DNA of 63,960 nt, the filler included, from Thraustochytrium aureum (lineage: Eukaryota), in NCBI GenBank assembly GCA_012862495.1. It is 5 parts of 4 records of this genome, joined end to end, with 100 filler letters (N's around TTAATTAATTAA, not from the genome) between each part and the next. Parts side by side here need not be neighbours in the genome. Positions count along the whole stretch, not along the records: positions 15,754 to 33,930 come from BLSG01000267.1; positions 34,031 to 51,780 come from BLSG01000268.1; 3 more parts are not named here. The stretch is one strand, 5' to 3'. Each line of letters begins with the position of its first letter. Position 1 is the first letter of the stretch. Below are positions 23,292 through 34,180 of the stretch, piece by piece. Both the position numbers and the translations under genes were made by a program. The notes under the pieces are model-generated. The model was not told the DNA's origin. It saw only the letters and a list, made by a program, of their open reading frames with translations, and ran no database searches.

Positions 23292-26200
23292 TCAGCAAAT
23301 TGTGCACGCCTTGCTGCCAGCGCGATCCCTGATGTATGCAGAGTCGACAGCAGGAATGGGAACGGCAGTCCGGGCCGCGCTCTCCGACTTGCGCGTGAGA
23401 TCGAAATCGTCGCTATCCGAATTCTCTGTGGCGTCGTGTTTATCCTCCAACGGGCTCATGGGGAAGTCGTCCCCTTTGGCTTCTTCAGTCGCGGCCCGGT
23501 CAGGTTCGGCGTCGCTGGGACCCTCCGCCGGTCGCTCCAGGGACATGCCAGTAAGCCGCGCGAGTTCCGTGAGTGAGCACAGGATGTGCCTGGACGCGTC
23601 GTGGTCGTTGATTGCGACCTGGTACAGTTTTGGGGGAGGACTAGCAAGAGCGCGGAGAAACTCCGCCTCGCCTTTGGAGAGTAGATAGTCGCTCGAAAGC
23701 GCACTCTGCTCGAGCGTCATGACCGTGCAGTTGCTCGCGACCGCCTTGCCTTGGTGTTCTGGACGCACCTTGTGCTTGTCGCACTGCACGCGACGCAGAA
23801 TCACGCGCTGCCTCTCCTGAATGGTGACGTGGATGCACAAGAAGCGGAACGAAAACGAGTGAGCGTCGTCCATAAAGTAGACGAAGAGCAACGCGTTCGT
23901 GCGGCGGAGGCGGCGAGTGTTGCCTTCGGCCCTCGAAAAGTGTTCCGCAACCGCATTGTACGACAAAAGCGTCCGCCTGAACGCGCGAGCTGCCTCGATC
24001 CGATTGCCACAACGCAGTTTGAAGGTGGCCATGTAGTAGCTTGAAAAGGCTTGCACCCGTTCCGCCTTGACCTGCTGCATCTGCCTCCAGGAGGACACGA
24101 GCGAGGTCGACTTGTTCACGAGGTCCTCGATCCGCGCCGGGTCGACCAGGTCGCCGCTTTGGCTCTCAAGCCTGGCCAAGCACAAATTGATGTGCTCTGC
24201 AGCCTTGAGGTGATACTCGTCACCAGCGAGGGCGTAGTGCATCGCAATCGTCTCGTGCAGGTCGAAAGGCGCAGAGCTCGAATCCGAAGTGCGCAGTCGC
24301 TCCAAGTAGTGCGTTGCTAGCTGGGCATGCAGGCACGCGCGGAACGAGTGCTGCAGCGACTTGTACAGCGGGACGAGGTGCTCGTCATTGTCCGCAGTCT
24401 TGAACATGCCCACGTCCACGCGCTCAATCACATTGTACCTAGAGCATAAAGCTCCCAAGGCATAATCTATGTCGAACCGCACAAACTCGCCCTTGAGAAC
24501 CTCAAAGAGAACCGAAGACTCGATCCATGGCGTCACCGCCGCCATGACGGCGACGTGCTTTATGACCTCGTGAAGTTCGTCAAGGCCCTGGATTTGAATT
24601 TGCTCCAGCAGCTCCTTCGCGCCGCTTCCGCGCCGGCGACGTAGTGAACTTCGCTTACTCCTGCTTTTCTGCGTCATCTGAGAGGCCTGCGACGACCGGA
24701 TGGAATCGGACCCGACGGTGTCACTATGCGTGCTTCGCTGGTGGATCGCATCCTGAGCCGCGTCGGTCTTGCTTTCCATGCTGATCCTGCTCAAGTTTCG
24801 CTCACCGGTGTTGGTGGATGAGACGCTGCTGTCCTCCGGTTGGTGCTCCGTGACGACGAGAGGACCGCTGCCCAGCGCCTGAGCGACAAGAGCGAGCGTC
24901 GCGTCGTCCATGTCGTCCACAATGAGGAGGTGCGCCAAGATAGGGTCGTGCCAACCCTTGATAGTGACCTGCGCTTCTGCGAAGGCGACGTCGTTGCAGA
25001 TCTCGTTGGAGAGTCCGAGCCGCGTCTCGTCGTCCAGGAGAATATGCGACGTTGCATGCGAGCTGGTTATCGCCGCAGATATCTTGCTCGCTCTGCCCAT
25101 GAGCCGGGCCGACATGTTTACGGTGGAGCCCACGACGGTGAATTCGCTGCGATACGAGGCCCCCGTCATTCCGAAATGGCAATGGCCCGAGGCAAGGCCG
25201 ATCGAAGCGTCAATGCTGTGCACTGCAAGGCGCTCCCTGAGCTCGAATGCGGACAAAAAGGCGGACTCCTCGGGATCCTTGCCCGAGATTCCAAACACAC
25301 CAATAATGACAAACCCTTTGTCGTCAATGGCGATTTGCCGGAGGTCGCCAGAGTGCGAGTATATTGCAAGCTGCGCCTCCGTCGACGCAGTCTGGAGCAA
25401 CGAGAGCTCGAGCGGGCCGTTGAGGTCGATCCCTAGTATCTGGACAAACATGATTGTCACGAACCGCGAGCCCAAGTGCGAGTGTGTCTGTCCCGACACT
25501 ACCTGCGAAAGGGCAAAGATTGGCACGAAACTGCCAATGATTTCAAGATCACCGATGCTGTCTGCGACGCTGCTGCTACCCGCGGGGTCCCTGAATTGAG
25601 TGCAATCTTGCTCTTCGAGCGGCTTGTTTCCGGCACCAACGCTCTCGGTGGCCAAGGCCTGGTCGCCACTTTGCTGGTCGTTGTCCCCCTGCTCTTGAGT
25701 GATGGCATCGTCGATCTTTAGCCGCATGATGAACCTCTGCTGGCGCTCGGACCTTTGTTTATGCAGCGCTGGAGACTCCACGAAAGCTTCCCCGCCGCAC
25801 GAGCTCTCTGTTGCAAGCCTCTGCGCGCCAGCGCCGATGGTGACTGAAGACTGCCGAGTGAGTGATCTGCCCCTTGCGTCTTCACTAGTAGAGTCCTTGG
25901 TCTCCAAATCGCCTGCTTGACTGATTTCGGTTGAGAGTTGGGCGGCTTTTCTCGTTGGTGTGGTCACGAAGCCGTCGCTCTTCCGCCTTGCCGATGAGGG
26001 CGAGGTGGGCGACATTGTGTGCGGCAGGCTGGTCATCGAGTTCTTCAAGCGCGAGCGCTCAGCGGCTGACTTGCGCAAGTTGCTCACCTCACGGGCCGCG
26101 TTCTCGGAACGCTTGCCTTCATGCTCCTCGGCGCCATTCTGCCACCCAGCAGGCACTCGGGTTGCGATAAGTTGGGGTCCATCTTGGTCGTGCAAATAGG

Positions 26201-27245
26201 GCGACGAGAAGGACTCCTCCTCGTCCTTTGTCTCCGCGCGGAGCGCCTCGAGCAGCGCAATAATCTGACCTTGACTCGCCTCCCGAGGGGCTAGGCTTGT
26301 TGGCTGGGTTTATGATGCGGTACTCGCGATCAGGCTCGCACGCAAGGCCGGCTGCGCTGGCGAGGCGTTTGTCGAGCACGGCTACGCTTCCACCAGAGCC
26401 CAGCTCGCTGAGCCGCGCTGCTCGATTCGCCGTTTCGCCGGAAAGGACAAACTCGAAGCGATTGCAAATGCCGCCGAGGACCACTGCGAAAGAGCGCCCA
26501 AATGCCAGGCCGATCTTCATGCTCATGGACTTTACTCTGAGGTGCGTCGAGTTCAGGTGGAAGGAGTCGAGCGCTTGCATCAGCTCCAGAGCAAACAGAA
26601 CGCCGCGCCTCATGCAAGCGCGCTCTGCCTGGTCGCCAAAGGGGCGAAATACGGGGTCAACGGGGAAGAGGATCTGGAGCCCGTCGCCGAGGAACTTGAT
26701 GACGTCACCGTGGTGTTTGTGGACAAACGAGACGACGAGCTCCCAGTACCGCGAAACGACCTGGTTGGCAAAGTCGGCCGAGTTGTCGATCGTGAACGGT
26801 CCTCTTTGAGAATGGCCGAGCCGGCCTCGTTCATATTCGACAAGTGCTCCGTCATGTTTGTGTAGCCCTTGAGGTCCACAAACACGACGACGCCCTTGAC
26901 CACGTGCGCAGTCGCTCGTGCTCGGTTCCAGCTGGCGGCAAAGTGGCCCTGCCGAATGGCCCACTGGAGGTACTTTGGGACGAGGGTCCGTAGCGCGGCC
27001 TCGGTATCGTCCGCGCGGCGCTTGTGTGCCTCCGTCTTGGCATTGAGACGAAACATAAGCGAGAGTTGCACGCGTTTGACTCGGTTGCGCCATCGCCGGT
27101 GCGCCTCCCTGTGCTTGTGCTTGTGATAGTTGCGCTGGATGCACCGTGCCGCCCTGTCTTCGCGACTTAGTTGCCCATGCTCCAGATGCGTGGCTCGGCG
27201 AGTCCTCGTCTGCGCATCACTAGCGCGTCGCGCGCTGTCCTCCAT
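23292..27245 (-). CDS. Soluble adenylyl cyclase (ADCY10-like) with two class III catalytic domains and an N-terminal IQ-like motif; frameshifts near 26805 and 26310
   Basis: C1: VVVFVDLKGYT, GDVIKFLGDG, KIGLAFG, FVLSGETANRAARL. C2: TIMFV, IAIDDKGFVIIGVFG, SIGLASG, EFTVVGSTVNMSARLM. IQ-like motif AARCIQRNYH. Confidence 0.88.
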
Positions 27246-28140
27246 TCGCTCGGCTCGCGGCGCCGGGAGCGCCGGAGAGGGTTCTGCTCGCGCTTAAAGC
27301 CGCCGTTGCGTCGCCTTTCCGCGTGGCGCAGGCTCTGCAGGACCTGGCGCAGGCCTGAACCGCGCTCTAACTGCTCCCTGGCCGAGCTGCTGCTCGCAAG
27401 CGACGCCGCAGCGCTCTATGATTGACGACCCAGGCGGTGCTTGAGGCGCGAGAGGTGCCACACTGAGCGATTCGCCAGTGCTGGCCTCCTGCCAGTGAGA
27501 GGGGGTTTCCGCTCTCGAGCTGACTGTACACGCTTGCCCTGCGTTCGAGCGTGCGGCCCTCTCGCTCGTTTGGCAGCTCGTCATCAGCTTTCGCAGGCAG
27601 AGTGCCTTGCACGACAAGCAACGAAAATCCGTTGGCGGGGAGGAGAGCAGCTGGAGCAGAACAGATCGTTGATGGACAAAAACACAAGGACTGGCAAGAT
27701 CCTTTGTTCAAATCTCGAGAGAAAGAATTGCCCACCCACGCCTGCTGCGCCAAACAGCGAGTGGCGCTCGTTGGCGCGCTCTGCAGCGAGCAACGCGACT
27801 CCATCTTCGCAGCTTGCTTTGCCTGTTTCTGCGGGCAGGTCCGCCTCGGCCATCAGAGGAGGAGGACCAAATACGGGTCAACCTGGCGTGTGCAGCGCCT
27901 TGACGTCGACATGCCAGCGCCGGGACGGTTAAGCCGCACCGAGCACGCCCATGCAAGCCGCTGGCTCGCCCGACACTGGAGATCCGTTGCTGATCGACCT
28001 CAGTCCCCTCTCCATCCCATACTAGCAAACGGTTCTGCTTTGATTGAATACTATGCTACTGAAACACTGCTGACGCGAATCCCACTTGCCCATGCTCAAG
28101 ACATCGCTGCCGGAGCTAATTCCAGCGGACCTTAACCAAG

Positions 28141-29109
28141 CTAGATTGGCGGAAGCGCTATGCAAAACTCGTACGCGCCGTCATGGCAGCTCTCGGGGCA
28201 CGAGTATACGAGAACCGACGACCAGTCCATGGTTAGCGTGCGATCGCTGGCCACCGCCTCGCGCTCCAAATGCCACAGCAGCCCCGGGACCAGCTGAAGT
28301 TCAAAGCTCCGCGCGGCCCCACACGACTCGCAAGGCGGCACAGTAGCAGCTTGGGCGTGGGCAAACGCTTGCTTGGAGGGCCACAAAGGCTTTCCCCCGT
28401 ACGCGTACCTCAAGCACTGTGTGGGTTCACGGGCAAGGCGCGCCTGGAACCGTGCCGTGCGGGGGTCGACTTGGTCGTCATCGTCTGCGCCACCCTCCGC
28501 TTCGTTTTCGGAGTCGTCGTCCTTGGCACCGCTGGCGCCCTCGAAATCGTCCCTGTCGAGGCAAATCGTCTCTTCGCCGAGTTCGAGCTGCTCGTCGTTG
28601 TATCGCTGCAGCATCGCGGCGACGTGGGCGTCTGCACTGCGTTCAGCAGAGCCCGGTTCCTCGCACACGTCCAGCTTGACGCCTGAAGCTTTTCTTGGCG
28701 GCGACGAGCCCTGATTTGCTGGCTGAGGTCGTTCCTTCCCCTTGCTGGTTTTTTGCCCTTTGACCGTTTTGGACTTTTTCTTAGTTTCGCGCGCCGTCAG
28801 CAAAGACTCCAGTTCATCCATCGAAGGTCCGCTCGCATCAGCGCTCATGCCGGCGCGTGTACTAGCGCCCGAGTCTGGGTCTACCTTTGCGGGTGCTGAT
28901 TGATCATCTTGGTCTGGAACTTGCTGGAAAGCTGGTGGTTCGACAGCAGGGGCTTTGAAAGCTGGAGCTTCGAAAGCGGGGGCTGGAAAAGCTGGGGCTT
29001 CGAAAGCGGGGGCTGGAAAAGCTGGGGCTTCGAAAGCGGGGGCTTCGAAAGCGGGGGCTGGAAAAGCTGGGGCTGGAAAAGCCGCGGAAAACGCCCATCG
29101 TAACTTGGC
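28141..29109 (-). CDS. PDCD2L: PDCD2-like / Tsr4 protein (PDCD2_C domain), 5'-partial
   Basis: RFQARLAREPTQCLRYAYGGKPLW, PPCESCGAARSFELQLVP and MDWSSVLVYSCPESC. Confidence 0.88.
   Translation of the reverse strand, partial: AKLRWAFSAAFPAPAFPAPAFEAPAFEAPAFPAPAFEAPAFPAPAFEAPAFKAPAVEPPAFQQVPDQDDQSAPAKVDPDSGASTRAGMSADASGPSMDELESLLTARETKKKSKTVKGQKTSKGKERPQPANQGSSPPRKASGVKLDVCEEPGSAERSADAHVAAMLQRYNDEQLELGEETICLDRDDFEGASGAKDDDSENEAEGGADDDDQVDPRTARFQARLAREPTQCLRYAYGGKPLWPSKQAFAHAQAATVPPCESCGAARSFELQLVPGLLWHLEREAVASDRTLTMDWSSVLVYSCPESCHDGAYEFCIALPPI
28925..29090. repeat. 15-bp coding repeat encoding APAF(P/E/K) pentapeptides inside PDCD2L
   Basis: Plus-strand units of the form GGGGCTGGAAAAGCT / GGGGCTTCGAAAGCG, about 10 copies. 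Confidence 0.85.
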
Positions 29110-29886
29110 NNNNNNNNNNNNNNNNNNNNNNNNNNNNNNNNNNNNNNNNNNNNNNNNNNNNNNNNNNNNNNNNNNNNNNNNNNNNNNNNNNNNNNNNNNN
29201 NNNNNNNNNNNNNNNNNNNNNNNNNNNNNNNNNNNNNNNNNNNNNNNNNNNNNNNNNNNNNNNNNNNNNNNNNNNNNNNNNNNNNNNNNNNNNNNNNNNN
29301 NNNNNNNNNNNNNNNNNNNNNNNNNNNNNNNNNNNNNNNNNNNNNNNNNNNNNNNNNNNNNNNNNNNNNNNNNNNNNNNNNNNNNNNNNNNNNNNNNNNN
29401 NNNNNNNNNNNNNNNNNNNNNNNNNNNNNNNNNNNNNNNNNNNNNNNNNNNNNNNNNNNNNNNNNNNNNNNNNNNNNNNNNNNNNNNNNNNNNNNNNNNN
29501 NNNNNNNNNNNNNNNNNNNNNNNNNNNNNNNNNNNNNNNNNNNNNNNNNNNNNNNNNNNNNNNNNNNNNNNNNNNNNNNNNNNNNNNNNNNNNNNNNNNN
29601 NNNNNNNNNNNNNNNNNNNNNNNNNNNNNNNNNNNNNNNNNNNNNNNNNNNNNNNNNNNNNNNNNNNNNNNNNNNNNNNNNNNNNNNNNNNNNNNNNNNN
29701 NNNNNNNNNNNNNNNNNNNNNNNNNNNNNNNNNNNNNNNNNNNNNNNNNNNNNNNNNNNNNNNNNNNNNNNNNNNNNNNNNNNNNNNNNNNNNNNNNNNN
29801 NNNNNNNNNNNNNNNNNNNNNNNNNNNNNNNNNNNNNNNNNNNNNNNNNNNNNNNNNNNNNNNNNNNNNNNNNNNNNNNNNNNNNG

Positions 29887-31091
29887 GCGAAGCGGTGTCG
29901 TGTGGGCCACGCGGTCTGGGGAGCTGCGGTTCGGCCGAGGGGCTGGCCCGGAGACGGCCAGACACGCGGAGGGCAGCGCCGCGGCTGAGGAGAGCGCGCA
30001 GGATGTGACGCGGGCCGCAGCGTTTGGGGATACCTGCTGCGGACTGGAGGTGATGGACGGCCAACTCGCGACGTGCTCCAAGACGGGCACGGTGCACGTT
30101 GTCAAGTTTGACTGCCGGGCGCCCCCAGGGCAGGCCTTCGAGGGCGGCGTCGTGAAGACGTACGAGCGCGGCGGGCCAATCTCCAAGATGCGGCGCAGTG
30201 CCTGGTCCGGGCACTTTGCGTTCGGGGGCGAGGAGAACGACCTTTCCCTTTGGGACATGGAGAAGGACGCCGTCGTCTTCAAAGCACGCAACGTAAAGAA
30301 CGACTTTCTCGACCTCCGCGTGCCCGTGTGGCCGACGGACATGTGCTTCATGGAGATCACCGACGCAACGAGCAAGCCCTCCTTTTCCGGCGCAGCAGCC
30401 GACGTCGTGGCTGTGTGCACGGCATTCTCGGAGGTGCGGCTGTACGACACACGCGCCCAACGCAAGCCCGTTTCCTGGAAGGCGTTTGGGCGTGCCACCG
30501 ACTTGAGGCAAAACAACAACAGCGCGTCGTCTCACCATATGACCTGCATCGTGGCCACCAGCCCGCACTGCGTGATCGTGGGGGACGCCGCGGGCGAGGT
30601 CTTCCAGGTCGACCTCCGCAAGATGGAGGAGACAGGACGGTACAAGGCGTTCGCCGGGTCTGTTCGCGCACTGTACAAACACCCGACGCTGCCGCTGGTC
30701 GCGTCCGCCTGCATCGATAGGCACCTGCGGGTGCACAACACAGAGACGCGGAAGCTCGAGAGCATCCTCTACGTAAAGCAGCGCCTCAAGGCGGTGCTTT
30801 TCTCGCCTGAAGAGCCAGCTTCAAACGACCAAGATGATCTGGCTGCGGCCGAGGCGCTGCGTGAGGCTAGGCCCACCGTAGAGGACGTTGCTGGTGAGAA
30901 GGATGTCGTAGAGGAGTTTCGTTGTTGATGCTGGGGGCGCCGACTCGGACGAGGAGCGGCCAGGGGCGAGCCGGCGCGCGAAGAAACTCAACCCAAAGCG
31001 CAAGCCCGGCGCCCCAAAGTCGGCCAAGTTAAAGTCCGCCAAGTCTGCCGCTCCTTCTGATGTGGCGGCGCCGAAACGGCGCAAAACGTGA
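29887..31091 (+). CDS. WDR74: WD-repeat 60S ribosome biogenesis factor WDR74/NSA1, 5'-partial, frameshift near 30918
   Basis: FAFGGEENDLSLWD...FKARNVKNDFLDLRVPVW, VRLYDTRAQRKPV, AGSVR...HPTLP and IDRHLRVH...YVKQRL. A Lys-rich NLS-like tail ending PKRRKT* continues in a shifted frame to 31091. Confidence 0.92.
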
Positions 31092-31513
31092 GTGTTCTTT
31101 CAATTGTTTGTGAAAAATCAGCGGTCTCGTCTCTCCTTCTGTTGCCTTGATCTTGAAATCAATCAAAAGAAGCGGAAGCATCGGCCCGGGGGCCACCGTG
31201 CAAGGTTTGCGTGCGCGACTTGAGGGTGGTGCGCTGCTTTTGCCAAATCCAAACCAAACATGAAAACGTTGATTAGCCAATTGTGGTGCTTGGTCAGGGC
31301 GACGTTGGGCCAACGAGCTGCAGTGGCAGCGCCATTTTGTTGCAGGTGGGTCGCGCATGCGCGCCAAGAGAGTGCACGCTGCGCCGCGGCTCAGCGAGCT
31401 TCGTTTCGCCGATTGTCTGCCGCCCCTCGCTTCGTGATCTCTTGAAAACGTCCTCGACTGAGTAGGAAACAGACTCGGACCCAACCGCATTGGCGGCGGG
31501 GGGCTCATCATCA

Positions 31514-33520
31514 TTAAAACGCAAACCCAACAACCTCGCCTTCGTGGTCCTGAGTGTTCCACTTGACCCAATCGCGCGCCGCAGGCGGCAGGAGCTGCTC
31601 CGGAATTGCAAAGGCCTGAACGAGCTGAAGCGACTGGCCCGACAGCTCGTGGCAAAGCGCCCTGGCGAGCTCAAACATCCCGGGCAACTGGTCGGCGCGG
31701 ACCGTGGACGTGGCAACGAAGACGCCGACGTTCGCCTCTATCGAGTCGAGGGCGAAGAGCACGCCGAGCTTTTCAAGCATCGCGCGAATCGAAGGGCTCG
31801 CCTGCGACGCAGCCTTCACATAGTTGTCGAGCACCACTCGCTCGAGATAGGCGAGCGCGAGCGCCTGGACCTGGTCCGAGAGGCGCAACACCCAGGTGTC
31901 GAAGAAGGGCTTGCCTTCGCGCGCGTCCTTGTCCATGACGGCCTGCACATCCAACACGAGGCGGGCCTCACGCTGCTGGAACAGATGCACGAGGTAGTCG
32001 AGGCTCGCAAAGTCGGTGGGGCCAGCATAGTCTCCGATCGGCGGCAGGACAAGCTTGCCCTCCTTGTAGAACGCAAGCGCTTCTTTGGCCGTCTTTTGGA
32101 GAAGCACGCGGTTGTCCCCCTCGGCGGTCATGACCGCATGGGCGTCCGTGAGGGCCTCGGCAAAGATGTTGGCTTTGCTGTACCCAGCACCGCCGCAGCG
32201 CTCGCGGCAAATCGAGATGGTCCGCTCGGCGGAGGCTGTCACGAGCGCCTTGATGCCCGAGCACAAGACCATGGTCTCCATCCGCAGCTGGCCGAGCCCG
32301 CGGCCGCCAACGGTCGTCTCGCGGGCGTAGAGGCCCTTGACGTAGTTCATGCCAAAGCCGGACAGGACGTAGGTGCGCGCGAGCTGCGGCATGAGCGCGC
32401 GCTCTTGCAGCTGGAAGCCCATGATGGGGAAGTCGCTCTGCCCGGTGGGCCCCGTGCTGAGCCGGCTCCACGAGTACCTGACCGCCACCGTGAGGGCCTG
32501 CTTGGCGCGCCCCACCGCCTTGGAGGCAAGACAGAGCCGGCCAGAATAAAGTTGGTTGAGAGCGACGAGAAATCGCCCTCGCGGGGACTTGATGTCGCTC
32601 ACAAAGCGCCCCTGCTCGTCCAGGTCGACGCGCTGGTTGAGAATGGCCACGCGCGGGACCCGCACCTGGTTGAACGAGATGAGCGCGTTGTCTACACCGT
32701 TCTGGCCCTGCTTCGGGCCCATGTCCCGGATCGTGACGCCTGGCATTGCGCGGTGGTCTGGCGTCGTGGTTCGCACCTGGACCAGAAACCCGCACACGCC
32801 CTCATTCTTGCCGTCCACAAGGGTCTGCGCAAAGACCACAGCATAGTGCGCGTCGAGTGCGCCATTCGTGATCCAATACTTGGCCGCGTTGGGGGACGGG
32901 GTGTGGATCACAAACTCCCCCGTGGCTCGGTCGTACGTGGCCGTGGTCTCGAGCTTGACCGCGTTGTTGCCGTAGCCGAGTTCAGTGAGGCAAAAGCAGC
33001 CACAGTACTCCACACTGTCGATTTTGTCCAAGACAAACTGGTGGCGCTCCGTCCCGAGCTTTAGCACGGTGCCTCCGAACAAGTTGTACTGCACCGTGAT
33101 TTTTGTCGCGAGGCTGCCGTCGACAAGGCACGAAAGCTCGTGCGCCGCGAAGACGCGCTCCGGGTTCGTTTTAAAGTCGAAGACAGAGATGAAGCGCCCA
33201 GGTGTCTCGCAAACCTTTTTCAGGCGCTGCAGCGCGAGGGCGCGCGTCTCTGCCAGGCTCAGCTTGTACTTCTGCTGAAAGAGCTCGTTCTCGGCGAGGA
33301 AGGCGCGAAACTCGTCGCGCATCTCGTGGTTGTCGTTGTCCAGCCATGCCTTCATTGCGGCGACGTCGAAGGCATCTGCCTGCCTGACAGCATCGCGAAC
33401 GGCGTTTGGCTGCGTCCGCAGCTGCCTGAGGTTCTCACCACCAAAGTAGGCGTCCCCTGCGGGCGCTGCGGCGGTTTCGTTCAAGCTCAGATGAGCGGCG
33501 AGTTTTCCGACGCGCTCCAT
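31514..33520 (-). CDS. Peroxisomal acyl-CoA oxidase with an N-terminal PTS2
   Basis: GCFCLTELGYGNN, LETTATYD, KYWITNGA, DMGPKQGQNGVDN, CRERCGGAGY and TAEGDNRVL motifs. N-terminal RVGKLAAHL fits PTS2. Confidence 0.93.
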   Translation of the reverse strand: MERVGKLAAHLSLNETAAAPAGDAYFGGENLRQLRTQPNAVRDAVRQADAFDVAAMKAWLDNDNHEMRDEFRAFLAENELFQQKYKLSLAETRALALQRLKKVCETPGRFISVFDFKTNPERVFAAHELSCLVDGSLATKITVQYNLFGGTVLKLGTERHQFVLDKIDSVEYCGCFCLTELGYGNNAVKLETTATYDRATGEFVIHTPSPNAAKYWITNGALDAHYAVVFAQTLVDGKNEGVCGFLVQVRTTTPDHRAMPGVTIRDMGPKQGQNGVDNALISFNQVRVPRVAILNQRVDLDEQGRFVSDIKSPRGRFLVALNQLYSGRLCLASKAVGRAKQALTVAVRYSWSRLSTGPTGQSDFPIMGFQLQERALMPQLARTYVLSGFGMNYVKGLYARETTVGGRGLGQLRMETMVLCSGIKALVTASAERTISICRERCGGAGYSKANIFAEALTDAHAVMTAEGDNRVLLQKTAKEALAFYKEGKLVLPPIGDYAGPTDFASLDYLVHLFQQREARLVLDVQAVMDKDAREGKPFFDTWVLRLSDQVQALALAYLERVVLDNYVKAASQASPSIRAMLEKLGVLFALDSIEANVGVFVATSTVRADQLPGMFELARALCHELSGQSLQLVQAFAIPEQLLPPAARDWVKWNTQDHEGEVVGFAF

Positions 33521-33930
33521 CCTGCTGGCCTGGCTCTTTGAGCAGTACTTGCTCCCCTGGCTCTCGCGATGTCTCGTGCAGTCGCGCTCCTCGAGTTGGC
33601 AAGCGCGGTGGAGTTGGGGCTTTGCCAGGCCAGGCCGACTCTGCACCGGCTGCGACAGGAGAGGACCGAAAGGACGATTGCATGTCCTTTGTCATGCCAT
33701 GCACGCTGCCAATGCATGCTCTCTTCGTGAGTCGCACAGGCGCGGGGCGCGAGGATGATAGATAGGACAACACGCCCGATTCGCACGACATGAACGTGTC
33801 GCTTTCGAGCGAGCAATACTCTGTTCTTTTCATTCTTTCAACATTCAGAACAGATTCTTGAATTGAATTGGATTTCAAGACTCGTTGATAGAGTACGTGA
33901 ATTCACGTAGGTTCACGCGTTCACGTCCAC

Positions 33931-34030
33931 NNNNNNNNNNNNNNNNNNNNNNNNNNNNNNNNNNNNNNNNNNNNTTAATTAATTAANNNNNNNNNNNNNN
34001 NNNNNNNNNNNNNNNNNNNNNNNNNNNNNN
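33931..34030. other. Artificial scaffold linker
   Basis: TTAATTAATTAA at 33975-33986 flanked by N44. Confidence 0.98.
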
Positions 34031-34180
34031 GGATGCGGAACTCCGCTTGGGGATGCCGCGCCGGGCGCCACGCCGCGCGAGTCCAGCGGGTTTTGGGCAG
34101 GCGGGCACGGCCGCGCAGCGACAGAGACGCGGAGCGGGCGGGCTGCGGCGGATGGAGCGGGCGGTGTACTGGCGGAGTTT

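Noticed and set aside
23706..23768. Possible 63-nt in-frame intron (AAG|GTGCGT...CAG) in the cyclase 3' region, plus a pyrimidine-rich acceptor near 23817
   Set aside because: The frame is open either way, so it cannot be established without transcripts.
31490..33064. Long antisense or overlapping ORFs (also 1618..2661, 54124..55854 and 18758..20017)
   Set aside because: These are shadow ORFs of GC3-rich genes on the opposite strand, with no recognisable motifs.
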